Source of the DNA: Caecitellus pseudoparvulus
Lineage: Eukaryota; Protista; Bigyra: Bicosoecida
DNA length: 34,891 bases
Reading direction: 5' to 3'
NCBI GenBank assembly: GCA_965644315.1
Contig: CBFFRQ010000107.1
Coordinates: forward strand, 1 to 34,891
Shown: piece after piece, positions 1-9,860 of the stretch
Layout: each line of letters starts with the position of its first letter
How positions within the stretch are numbered: the first letter of the stretch is position 1
Notes under the pieces: model-generated
What the model saw: the letters and a program-made list of their open reading frames with translations, nothing else
Database searches by the model: none
Told to the model about the DNA's origin: nothing
Translations under genes and position numbers: made by a program

Positions 1-122
1 AAATTGGAATAGAAATAGAGAATTAATTTGTTACTTAGTGGAAATAAAAAGTAATTAGTGAATTTAAATAATTAAGACTATTATGGTAAGAAATATTTGA
101 ATTGAAATACTTAAAATATCTT

Positions 123-233
123 TTGTGATTCCCGCCAAAATTAATTGAAAATTTTCTAAGTAATTGAGACTACTCTATATAATGTAGTCTCAATTACTTT
201 GAATATTTTCAACTAATTTTGGCGGAAACACAA
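123..233. repeat. ~50-bp imperfect inverted repeat (hairpin, 10-nt loop) within an AT-rich segment
   Basis: Left arm 123-173 ttgtgattcccgccaaaattaattgaaaattttctaagtaattgagactac. Reverse complement of right arm 184-233 ttgtgtttccgccaaaattagttgaaaatattcaaagtaattgagactac. Loop 174-183. Bases 1-233 are far more AT-rich than the rest of the window. Confidence 0.95.
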
Positions 234-234
234 G

Positions 235-333
235 CTCAACAGAGTAAATCAATCTCAGTTCCAAATTTCGACTCATGATCAGCGAGTCGAAATTCGTCAC
301 CACAATTGATTCACTCTGTGTATGGCGGTTGAG
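235..333. repeat. Second nested hairpin with internal loops
   Basis: aatttcgactc (264-274) pairs perfectly with gagtcgaaatt (284-294). acagagtaaatcaat (239-253) pairs with attgattcactctgt (305-319) at 14/15. ctcaac (235-240) can pair with gttgag (328-333). Confidence 0.85.
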
Positions 334-407
334 TCCCGAAATTCATTCGGTCCAACCCCTTGATGAGCTCTTGAGCGCGGCCCAGTTTGCATCAGCACGT
401 GGCGCTT

Positions 408-2468
408 TCACGGCTGTGTCTGAGCAGGGTTACTTCCTGCACTTCCTGCAGACTGGCTCGGCATACGCCAGCGTTGAAGCAATACGAATGCAGCAACAGC
501 AGCGACCAATCCCACGATCACCACAATGCCAGCAACCATCCAAGACTGCCCCCCTTCACTCGGCCCGCTGCTGCTCACCTGTCCCTGAATGGCTGAAGGA
601 TTGGAGGCCTGGGGTGGCTGTGGGGCAGCTGCAGATGAGGATGGTGATGAAGTCACACTGCTTGTCATGGACACTGTGGCGGTTGCACTGCTAGACGCCG
701 TCGAGCTGGTTGTCGGTGTCACAGAAGAGGACGGGGTGCCTGTCGGAGAGCTGGACATTGTGGCTGTTGTCGTCGCTGTCGCCGAGCTTGTTGCAGTTGG
801 GCTGTTAGTTGCCGTCGCCGAGCTTGACGGAGTGGGACTGTGGCTGGGCGTCACTGAGGGCGACTGCGAAGGAGAGGGTGTAATTGAAGCAGTCGCTGAT
901 GGAGTGGCTGTTTGACTGGAAGAGGAGCTTGCTGTCGGCGATACAGATGGGGTGGCCGAACTCGTGGGGGACACAGAAGGGGAGACTGTTGCAGAGGGAG
1001 TGCTACTGGGTGAGGAGGTGGGCGACGTGGATGGAGAGGGGACAAATCGAATGAAGCCTGCATCTGCAGGGTGCTCGTCGTCACCGATGTTCTGCGTGTT
1101 GCCGTAGCCAAGCTTGCCATGCTGGCCTTCACCCCAGCACATGGCACTTGCTGGGGAGTGCAGCACACACGTATGGCGCTCTCCTGCAGACAGGTGAGTT
1201 GCCACAGCCCCAGAGCCCATGTTCACAGTACCAACAGAGCTTGGATGCTCGTTGTCTCCAACGCTGGCGGTGTTGGAATACCCAAGCATCCCATGAGACC
1301 CCAGCCCCCAGCACATGACCCCACCGGTCGTCAAGAGCGCACAGCTGTGATCATTCCCGACAGTGATGTGAGATGCTGTTGCGCCCCCAAGATCAACAGT
1401 CCCAGCAGTTGCCGGGTGCTCATCGTTGCCAATGAACTCGGTGTTGCCGTACCCAAGTTGGCCACTGGACCCCGACCCCCAGCACATGACCTCTCCGCTC
1501 GTGAGAAGCACGCACGTGTGGCTCTGTCCTGCAGCAACTCGTGCTGCCGCGCGTCCCCCGCCCAAATTAACTTGACCTGCAGCAGCAGGGTGCTCGTTGT
1601 CACCAATGTGGTTGAAGTTGCTGTATCCGAGCCTGCCAGAGAATGCTGTCCCCCAGCACATGACCCCACCGTTCGTCAACACAGCACACGTGTGGCTGTC
1701 TCCAGCGGAAACCTGTGCTGCAGCAAGACCTGCACCCAGGTAGACAGCGCCTGCAGCAGATGGGTGCTCATTGTCACCAATGTTGTTGGTGTTACCATAC
1801 CCAAGCCGGCCGTTTGATCCAAACCCCCAGCACATAAGCAGCCCAGTTGTCAACACTGCGCACGTGTGGCTCTTGCCTGCAGACACTTGGGCAGCGGCTG
1901 CACCAGAGCCCAAATCAACGGTTCCCGCCGCAGCTGGACCCTCAGAGGCGCCAACGTTCTCCTTATTGCCGTACCCGAGCTGGCCGGCGATGGAGGAGCC
2001 CCAGCACATGACACCTCCGTCATCCAGCACAACACAAGTGTGGCTGCCTCCTGCCGAAACTTGGACCACGACAACACCAGCGCCTACGTTCACATTGCCT
2101 GCAGTTTCTGGTAGCTCGTTGTCTCCGATGGGGTTCAAGTTCCCGTACCCGAGCTGCCCACTGTAGCCTCCGCCCCAGCATCGCACCTTGCCGTCCGTCA
2201 CGGCGCAGGTATGCAAGCCGCCGGAAGATAGCTGAGTGTCTTCAACAGACGTGCTCGCCAAGCGGCGATGAAGGTTGACATCATTCAGCATCAAACTGAG
2301 TCCACGAAGTGCAACGTGAGCTTCGGCGCAGCCCAACGTTGCCAGGAAGGCAGCGGAGAGCACTGCGAAACGCCACCGGCACGCTGCGCCGGCTCCTGCC
2401 CGCTTTTGCAAGTGCGCAGCGCAAGACAGACAGGCGCTAGCGCATTGGTTCGTAGCATGGGGACCCAT
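408..2468 (-). CDS. Type I membrane protein: 7 RCC1/BLIP-II-like repeats + Ser/Thr/Pro stalk + TM helix
   Basis: Seven ~58-aa repeats (QVSAGxxHTCAVLxxGxVMCWGxGxxGQLGYGN-IGDNEHP), an N-terminal hydrophobic stretch FAVLSAAFLATLGCAEA, a long S/T/P tract and the TM segment WMVAGIVVIVGLVAAVAAFVLLQR. The ORF is open from 2594; ATG 2468 is the preferred but uncertain start. Confidence 0.9.
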   Translation of the reverse strand: MGPHATNQCASACLSCAAHLQKRAGAGAACRWRFAVLSAAFLATLGCAEAHVALRGLSLMLNDVNLHRRLASTSVEDTQLSSGGLHTCAVTDGKVRCWGGGYSGQLGYGNLNPIGDNELPETAGNVNVGAGVVVVQVSAGGSHTCVVLDDGGVMCWGSSIAGQLGYGNKENVGASEGPAAAGTVDLGSGAAAAQVSAGKSHTCAVLTTGLLMCWGFGSNGRLGYGNTNNIGDNEHPSAAGAVYLGAGLAAAQVSAGDSHTCAVLTNGGVMCWGTAFSGRLGYSNFNHIGDNEHPAAAGQVNLGGGRAAARVAAGQSHTCVLLTSGEVMCWGSGSSGQLGYGNTEFIGNDEHPATAGTVDLGGATASHITVGNDHSCALLTTGGVMCWGLGSHGMLGYSNTASVGDNEHPSSVGTVNMGSGAVATHLSAGERHTCVLHSPASAMCWGEGQHGKLGYGNTQNIGDDEHPADAGFIRFVPSPSTSPTSSPSSTPSATVSPSVSPTSSATPSVSPTASSSSSQTATPSATASITPSPSQSPSVTPSHSPTPSSSATATNSPTATSSATATTTATMSSSPTGTPSSSVTPTTSSTASSSATATVSMTSSVTSSPSSSAAAPQPPQASNPSAIQGQVSSSGPSEGGQSWMVAGIVVIVGLVAAVAAFVLLQRWRMPSQSAGSAGSNPAQTQP

Positions 2469-2978
2469 GGCAATGCCACGCGGCAATGAGGGATGCTGCG
2501 TGGGGCACAGCGCGTCCTGAAGGATCCGACACTGCACGTTCTGAAAGCGGTGTTGCCTGATTCGCGCCTGCGAGTGGTACAGGGAAAAGAGCATGATACA
2601 CGGACCCTAGTAGTGGTACAAATGAGAATTCATGTGCAACACAGTGCATCGACAGCACTAGGCAAGCATTGTGGCGCGAGCAGCACGCGTTGACAGCTTC
2701 TGATGGGCGTTTCATGCGCCATCAAGAAGCGGAGGCGACTCCCGGACCCCCAAGCGCGAAAGCCCTTTGACATACTCACACAGCAGAACATTGGAGCTAC
2801 GAGATCTGTCCTTGTCAAAAATAGTATGCTGCAATGTGCCGATTGTGCCCAGTACCAAAATGAAGCGGCACGGCCCGCCTTGCTTGGCTGTGGCGGGCGT
2901 CACCACCCCGCTCGGTCTGCAGTGGCAACCTTCCGCACACCGTGACACAATATGGAGCCTTCAATAGCCCCGCGTGGG

Positions 2979-3410
2979 CTACGTGGCAGCAGCGGCTGGG
3001 GCGACATGCTGCGCGTGCGTCCCAGCAGCCGCCCGATGCAGCACCTCAAGGAAGAGACACGATGCGCCCCACGCCGTGCTTCCCCCTCCATCATCATCCC
3101 GGGGCCAAAGTGTCCTTCCATTTGGACTACACTTCATAGCTGCCTCCAAAGCTGCCAAGGCCTGGACATCGAAGGGCCCAGCGACCTCTCAATAGGCGCT
3201 GTAGCAGCCGCTGCATCCACACCCAGTTCAAGGCTGGCAGCATGGTACTCCCGGAAGTTCCAGACCTCAAAACGTGCCACAGGGGCCTCTATCAGTCTCA
3301 CAAGCTCTGCAGCTTGCTGTCTTCAACTGTTGATCACGTTCACCTGCATCATCCGGCCAAATCCTGCAACTGCTCTCTCCGATGCCTCAGCCACCCAGAA
3401 CTGAACTCTG
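2979..3410 (-). pseudogene. Decayed coding remnant, unknown family
   Basis: Protein-like reading VQFWVAEASERAVAGFGRMMQVNVINS*RQQAAELVRLIEAPVARFEVWNFREY, with in-frame TGA at 3323-3325. After a frameshift near 3190 it continues EVAGPFDVQALAALEAAMKCSPNGRTLWPRDD...*. Confidence 0.35.
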
Positions 3411-3439
3411 CAGCCAGGACCGACGACCACATGTAAACA

Positions 3440-4939
3440 TCACCGCCCCCAAGCTGCCCTGAGGAGTAGAAAATGGCGCATCCCACTTCCCGTGCTTGTT
3501 CCGCACCAAGCAGCGTCCTTCCCTGCCTGCAGGGCAGTGTCCCCCGCCAACGCTGCAGCTTCCCGTGGCATGGCCCGGCTGCCTGTGAGCCCCATCAACT
3601 CTCGCACCACGTCCGGGTGGCCATTCCTGCACGCCATGCGGAAGCCCACGTCAGGGCCGTCCCAGCTTCCCACATGAACATCCACAGCTCTTTGTCCCGT
3701 GAGGGCCAACAGCTCGCGCACCACGTGCACGTGGCCACGCTCACAAGCACTCCGAAAACCAACCTCTGGCCCAGTCCCATCTGCAACATGAACATCAATC
3801 GCCCCGTCGCCAACCACGCCAAGTAACTCGCGCAGCACGGCCAAGTGGCCAAGGTAGCAAGCCCATCGGAAGCCATACTCGGGCCCAACTCTGTCTCCGG
3901 CGTGGATATCCACCGCACCCTCCGCTGGCAACGCCAACAGCAAACGCACAACGTTTGCGTGGCCATACCGGCAAGCGAGCCGAAAGGCAGACTCAGGCCC
4001 ATCAGCATCCCTTGCATGTACATCCACGGCCAGCTCGCCAGAAAGGGCGAGCAAGTCTCGCACGACAGTCTCATGTCCTCCTGCACATGCAGATCGAAAG
4101 CCAGCTTCAGCCCCATCCTCGTCACATGCGTGCACGTCTACCTGCCGATCACCAGTGAGAGCCAGCAGCTCCCGAACTACAGCACCATGGCCGTGCTGAC
4201 ATGCCCTCCGAAAGCCAGCCTCTGGTCCCTCCCAATCTCCAGCGTGCACGTCCACAACGCGGTGGCCTGTCAGCGCCAGGAGCTCGCGCACCACACCAAC
4301 ATGGCCCCGTGCACACGCGTACCGAAAGGGGGCCTCAGGCCCATCTTCATCTCCCACATGCACATCAATCTCACGGTCCCCGCCAAGCCGCAGCAACACA
4401 CGCACAACATCCAAGTGGCCGTGCAAGCACGCGGCTCGGAAGGCAGCTTCCGGCCCAGCCGAGTCCCCAGCGCGCACGTCCACTGCACGGTCGCTACCCA
4501 GACGCAGTAGCTCGCAAACAACATCTAGGTGGCCCTCAGAACTGGCCGCTCGAAAGGCAAACTCAGGCCCGTCTTCATCCCCAGCGTGCACATCCACGGC
4601 CCTTTCCCCGCTCAGTGCAAGCAGCTCCCGCACCGTCTCCACATGCCCATTCCAGCAAGCCAATCGAAAACCCGCCTCAGGGCCGTTCTCATCACCTGCA
4701 TGGACATCCAGGCCTGCCTCTTCCTCCACGGCCAGCAGTGCTCGCAACAGGCCAACGTGCCCTGCTGCACATGCTCTCAAAAAGCCAGCAGTAATGTCGT
4801 CCCCTGTCAGAGCCCCAAGCACAGACTCTGCACTCGCCTTTGACCCGTGGAGCATGTCCATCAGTGTGGATACGTCACCACCTGTGCAAGCAGCCCTCCA
4901 CTCTCCCACGGCACCGGCATCGTCCGCCTCACTCGCCAT
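3440..4939 (-). CDS. Ankyrin-repeat protein (~11 repeats of 38 aa)
   Basis: Tandem unit DVHAGDxDGPEAxFRxACxxGHxxVVRELLALxGxRAV matches the ankyrin helix-loop-helix pattern (A..GH..VV..LL). First ATG at 4939 (MASEADD). Confidence 0.92.
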   Translation of the reverse strand: MASEADDAGAVGEWRAACTGGDVSTLMDMLHGSKASAESVLGALTGDDITAGFLRACAAGHVGLLRALLAVEEEAGLDVHAGDENGPEAGFRLACWNGHVETVRELLALSGERAVDVHAGDEDGPEFAFRAASSEGHLDVVCELLRLGSDRAVDVRAGDSAGPEAAFRAACLHGHLDVVRVLLRLGGDREIDVHVGDEDGPEAPFRYACARGHVGVVRELLALTGHRVVDVHAGDWEGPEAGFRRACQHGHGAVVRELLALTGDRQVDVHACDEDGAEAGFRSACAGGHETVVRDLLALSGELAVDVHARDADGPESAFRLACRYGHANVVRLLLALPAEGAVDIHAGDRVGPEYGFRWACYLGHLAVLRELLGVVGDGAIDVHVADGTGPEVGFRSACERGHVHVVRELLALTGQRAVDVHVGSWDGPDVGFRMACRNGHPDVVRELMGLTGSRAMPREAAALAGDTALQAGKDAAWCGTSTGSGMRHFLLLRAAWGR

Positions 4940-5029
4940 GGCGTTGCGGCGCAGATTCCGCACATGTGGCCTCGATGCACCTCCGCGCTGTGGAAGGAGC
5001 AAGGCTCCAGCAGGCCGACCAGGGTCAAT

Positions 5030-5330
5030 TTCTAAGTTGCACTTTCACATTCCAGTTTTGAACATGAACAGTACCTGGGCTTCCGCGTTTTCCTCACGCA
5101 CCGTAACTGCTCCAAGTGTCAGCCGAGGCAGTGGCGTCTGCTGCCCCGCGTGCCTTTCGCCTCGTGCTGCCTCCACAGCTTCTTCGAGCTGGACTGCTCA
5201 CTCTCTTTTCAACCCAAACACCTTCATGGTCCTCTAGAGATCGCTCCACTCCCTAGTCTTAGCCGAGATCAGTTGCACGTCGCAAGAGTATCTGGGCAAG
5301 TTTCCGTTCGGCACCGGCGATGCTCCAAGG
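5030..5330 (-). pseudogene. Probable decayed fragment of the NTPase-nuclease family
   Basis: One frame reads DVQLISAKTREWSDL*RTMKVFGLKRE*AVQLEE...TPLPRLTLGAVTV...AQVLFMFKTGM*, with stops at 5234-36, 5198-5200 and 5045-47. By eye it resembles LVEVVSPASVTNSPRLSQLMRVLGLKEG...PPSQLMLESSVVPADVL in the 31231 gene. Confidence 0.4.
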
Positions 5331-5449
5331 AGCTAGGAGAAGTTTGCAGCTAGTCGACTTATCGTGCACTACAATGTGCCTGCCACCAAGCCAGGCAAAC
5401 TAGTGTGTGCATTTTGCAGCCCATGTCACCCTCTCTTTCCATTCTTTCC

Positions 5450-8400
5450 TCAAGAGCGAGCAAGGGGAGGGCGTACGACCAAGGGAGACTTGGTGCGAGT
5501 GGCCGGGATCTCCACACTCGAGTCCTCCGCTTCCTGGCGCAGGCCAGCTTCGCGCACCATGGCCACATCACGCGAGAGGGCGATTGCCTTGTCCACAGAA
5601 ATGCAGTTGCCGAGCGCAATGCAGGCCGCTGCGCTCCTGCGTGGTCCAAACGTGCAGCACCAGAGGCCTGGGTGTGGGACGTGCTTCAAGTGTGAATGCG
5701 TCGGCGATTGCTGCAGGTACAGCTTCAGCCAGTCAAAGACTGCAGCGTGCCGCGTACGCAGGGTGGCGACGCCTGCGCCGAGCAGGAGGAGGAAGGTCAT
5801 GGCCAAGAACAGTGTGTTGGCTAGGAAGATGGCGCCCTGCAGCAGGAACTCCGTCTTCTCCCCGACCAGAAGTTCGTCGCCCAGCGCCAGGCCTCCGAAG
5901 GCAGACACACAAATGGCGGTCAGTGCTGCGGTTTCCACAGCATTCATCAGCGTGGCCTCGTACGGCAAGGATGCAACATGGACGACAAGAGAAGCTGACA
6001 GCACGAGGCAGATCAGCGCTGCTTGCAGCTCGGCATTGCGCACGGTGACAGCGACTGCAGCAAGGAGCACTTTCCGTGGCAGCACGACCAGCAACTCCCA
6101 GTACCAGAAGTTGGGCTCGTCTTCTTCTTTGCGGGGTGAGTCCTCAGAGTGCGCACGGGGAATTCTGAACCCTTCATACACCGCACCGTACACTGCCTTC
6201 ACGCTGTGCTTGTAGACATGGTGCCTGTGGCGGCATACGAGACAGGCGCTGCCGAGCGGGATGCCGACGCCCCACACCAGCAAGCCAAGGTATGCTGCGA
6301 GCTGAGCGGTCTGGAACATGGAGTCCATGCTTCCGTGTGCGACATCTGAACGGAGGAACAGGAAGCCCAGGATGCGGAAGTCGTACGTGTCCAGCATGCG
6401 CAGACATGCCTCGACTACAGGGAAGTGCACCAGCAAGAGCAGGATGAAGGCTGCGCGATACGCTTGCTCAGCACACCTCGCCCGCTGCTTGAAGAGGTCC
6501 ACAGTCTTTGCCAGCACAGCTTTCTCCTCAGAGCGCATGTTTGCAGGGTGGGCCGGCGGTGCGCTAGGCATCACAGCTGCTTCAACCTGCGCTGCAGCCT
6601 GGCTGCGGCTTGATCGCGGCTTGCGCATATCAATGACAACTGAGCCTTCCGACTCTTCATCAGCCTCGGCCAGATCGTCCAAGTCAGCCCACGCAGATGT
6701 CCGTCTCGCTGCTGGAGATGGGTCGGTCGGGCCTGTGTCGTCTTGGAATGAGGTGGACCTTGGAACCAGCGCGGAAGGTCTGGATGTTGGAGACACCAGG
6801 GTCTTTGGCGCAGGGAAGGCAAACGTATCATCAACCAAAGCACGGTCTTTCTTGGGAGGAGTGGACACTGCAAGGGGCTGCGGAGCCACTACCCCAGACT
6901 TGGCAACGCCTTCCCCGCCAACTGAGCTCCCACCCTTCTCCTCAGCGTACCTCTCAGCAGCAGCCTGCAGCACTGCGTGGTTTTGCCGCTGCAAGATGCT
7001 AGTCACACCCGCTACGATCAGCGGAATGCTCACTGCAGCAATAGGTATGCTGAGGGTGATGAAGAAGCGAGTGTACATGTCTGCACGCAAGGCGCACTGG
7101 GCAGGCACCGAGTTGGTGCTGACGCCGACCGACACTGAGGAGAGCCACGCCATGAGGCCATCCAACGCGCTTTCAGGAGGCAAGCGGGTACTCAGCAGCA
7201 CTGCGTACATCTGGGCCCATTTGGTCATGACACGGAAGACTCCAATGAGCAGTCCCCTGCTTTGCCCCTCCTTGCTTTCCCGATCACTCGTGCACAGGGC
7301 CAGGTACACTAGGAGCCCCGTGAACAAAACCCAGGAGCCGATGCTCTGTAGAAAGCCAAAACTGTCATTGGGGCACTTCACACAAAGCAGCTGTGGGCTG
7401 GACCTTGCCCAGCCTTCAGCACACTCGCCACAGAGGATGCCCCTGTGCCCAGGCACACAGGAGATGCCACTCGAGTTTGCTGCGGGCTTGCACGCATCTG
7501 GAGGCATGCGCTGAAGGATGTTCGCACCAGCGTAAAGAACCGCTTTCCCTGCGACTGCGGCCTGCGACTCAGCTGTCTCATTCACCAGCGCTTGCAGACG
7601 CCGTCTCGCGGGCGAATCAGCGCTGGTTGTGTCACCCTGCAACTCAACGCTGGCCACATCTTTCAGCTTGCTCCAATACCTTTCCTGCAGCTTTGGGTGT
7701 GATGGCACCATGGACGCATCGGTCACACAGGTGTCACACCAGAAACCCGGGCGAGGCCTGAACTGCCCAGCAGCGCAGCTGATGCCGTTCAAGGGGCACT
7801 GCAAGCACTTGGTCTGGGCCAGGTTGGCGAAGGTGCCGCCAGGGCACTGCGTGCATGCAGCCTCTTGGTTTTCGACATTGGCCCGGATTGTTCCAGGAGG
7901 GCAGCGTTCACAACGAAGCCCAAAAGTGTCATTGCTGCTCTGGCGGCGCTGCCAGCCAGTAGCACAAATGCAGTCCATCTGCGAGTCAGCTAGCACCTCG
8001 CTGTCGGTGCGGCAAGTCGGGCTCACTACCACAGCAGGCACAGCCACCGCACCCCGTGACAGATACGGATATATGGCTTGCCCAGAGATAGAGGATGTGA
8101 GCAGCGTAGTCTGTGGCTGAGACGGTTGGACTTGCAGCACGGCACGCCCTTCGTCCAGCGCCGCCAGCCCAACAGTCAGGTCGGGTTCGCCAGTCACTAA
8201 CTGTCGCACTTGCGGTAACTCAACGAGGGACTCCACTTCGCGACTTGCGGCATCTCGGGCTTCAAGCAAGAGACCCACTTGCTGTCGCACAGACACAATG
8301 ATTGTGATTCCAGGCGCTGAGGCATCCATCATTGACATGTTGCGTTGCCCACTCAAAGCAGATTGAATGGCGATCACTTCGCGGTCAGCGCGTTTGGGCC

Positions 8401-9860
8401 ACGAAACGGCATCGGGCAGCATGAATCTGCTCGTGTGCGAGAACGCCCCTCCGCCGCGCACCTGCACCCGCACAGGGATAGCCCGGATTTCTTCGTACGC
8501 AGCCAGTGCGGCCACGTCTGTCGCACCTGACGCACCTTCTGCCACAGATGCAGTGATGCGCACCAGGATTGTTGCCGCAAGCTCTCCGCTACCGCACAAA
8601 AGTCCAAGTGGTGGCCGAGGCCCAAGACACAGCTCGCCTCCATGCACGACGCTGACTGACACCACCAGTTGCCCAGTGGAAGCAGGCAGCAAGAGCTCAT
8701 CCTTCGTCGTGGTTGTCTGCAGCCATGCGGCTGTGGACGAGGTGCCCTGCGACGGAACCACTTGCACGTGTAGATCAGCAAAGGAAGCCAACGTCTGCAG
8801 GGTGGCAATGCCGGAGGCGTCCTTGCTTGGCGCCACTGTCAGCGACACGGTGCCAGGAACTACAGAAAGTAGCGTGGAGCGCATGGTCACCGGCAGCGCA
8901 TGATCAAGCTGCCCAGCTTTGGACATGGCATCGTACTCGTTCGTGCGCAAGCGCAGGGTGCTCGAAAAAAGCCCGCTGACAGCTGCACCCGGAGACACCA
9001 GCCACACTGTGAGGAGCACGCGCTCACCCACGCCAAGAGACCCTTGCAGCACTCCCGACTCTTCTCGAAGGGAGCCGACGGAAACTACGCCCTGCTCACT
9101 GGCAAGCACGGAAGCAATGTCGGAGCCGGTGCCTCCAGCATGACCACATACACCTGCTGGGGTACACACAGCGAGCCATGGTGCCAATGTAGCGTCCGCG
9201 TGGTCAAGTGTCCAGGTCAGGGTGCCAGACCCAACGTTTCGCAGAAGCAGCTGTTGGGTGCTGTTGCCGCCTGGGATGACATTGCGCTCCACCACGCGAG
9301 GCCGTATGTCCGAGATCGGCGCGATGACCCGCAATGCGACCTGCACAATGACAGGCAAAAGGTCGGCCACCCGAAGTCGCCCAGGTGCCCAGCCGGCCGC
9401 TTCGTTTGAAGCCGTCGAGTTTGCCTGGAAGGTAACAGTGGCCCGGTGCAGGCCAGGAGGCAGGTTCGCAGACCTCATGGTCAAGATGACTCCTTGCTGG
9501 CCCTGGTTTGCGGGGAGTCGAGCCTTCTGGGATGCAGACAGGGTCAGCCAGCCCTGCTGTTGGCCCCGAAAGGATACCTGTGCGTCCCATTGCACGTGTT
9601 CGGCACTGGACACGATGACAGCTCGAGACTTTGCATCAGACTGGCCGTTGAGTTCGGAAGCAGCGGCCACTTCCACAGGGAATGCGGTGAGGAACGGCAG
9701 GGGCTGGGGAGTAACGCTGGCGGTGGACGAGGGGGAGGCACCGGGTGACTTCGTTGGCTGGGCGGATGCACTGCTGGATGCCGTTGGCGTTGGTGTCCTG
9801 CTGCTCGACGGGCGCTCGAGGCGGCGACCTGGACGGGGCGATGGAAGGCAGTGGCGCTGA
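5450..9860 (-). CDS. Large surface/membrane protein: Ig/BACON-like beta domains, Cys-rich (GCC2/GCC3-like) repeats, C-terminal multi-TM domain
   Basis: Motifs LLLRNVGSGTLTWTL (BACON-like); CERCPPGT, CTQCPGGTF, CVPGHRGILCGECAEGW (Cys-rich); several hydrophobic helices with YGAVYEGF...WYWELLVVLPRKVLL. The frame stays open upstream of 9676 through an S/T/P tract to about 9860. Confidence 0.8.

Noticed and set aside
150-186. Giant-virus/virophage late promoter motif TCTA in AT-rich context
   Set aside because: A 4-mer is expected by chance in AT-rich DNA, and no substantial ORF follows.
3440-4800. 114-nt periodic repeats as a CRISPR array
   Set aside because: They are degenerate in-frame ankyrin coding repeats with no repeat-spacer structure, and there are no cas genes.
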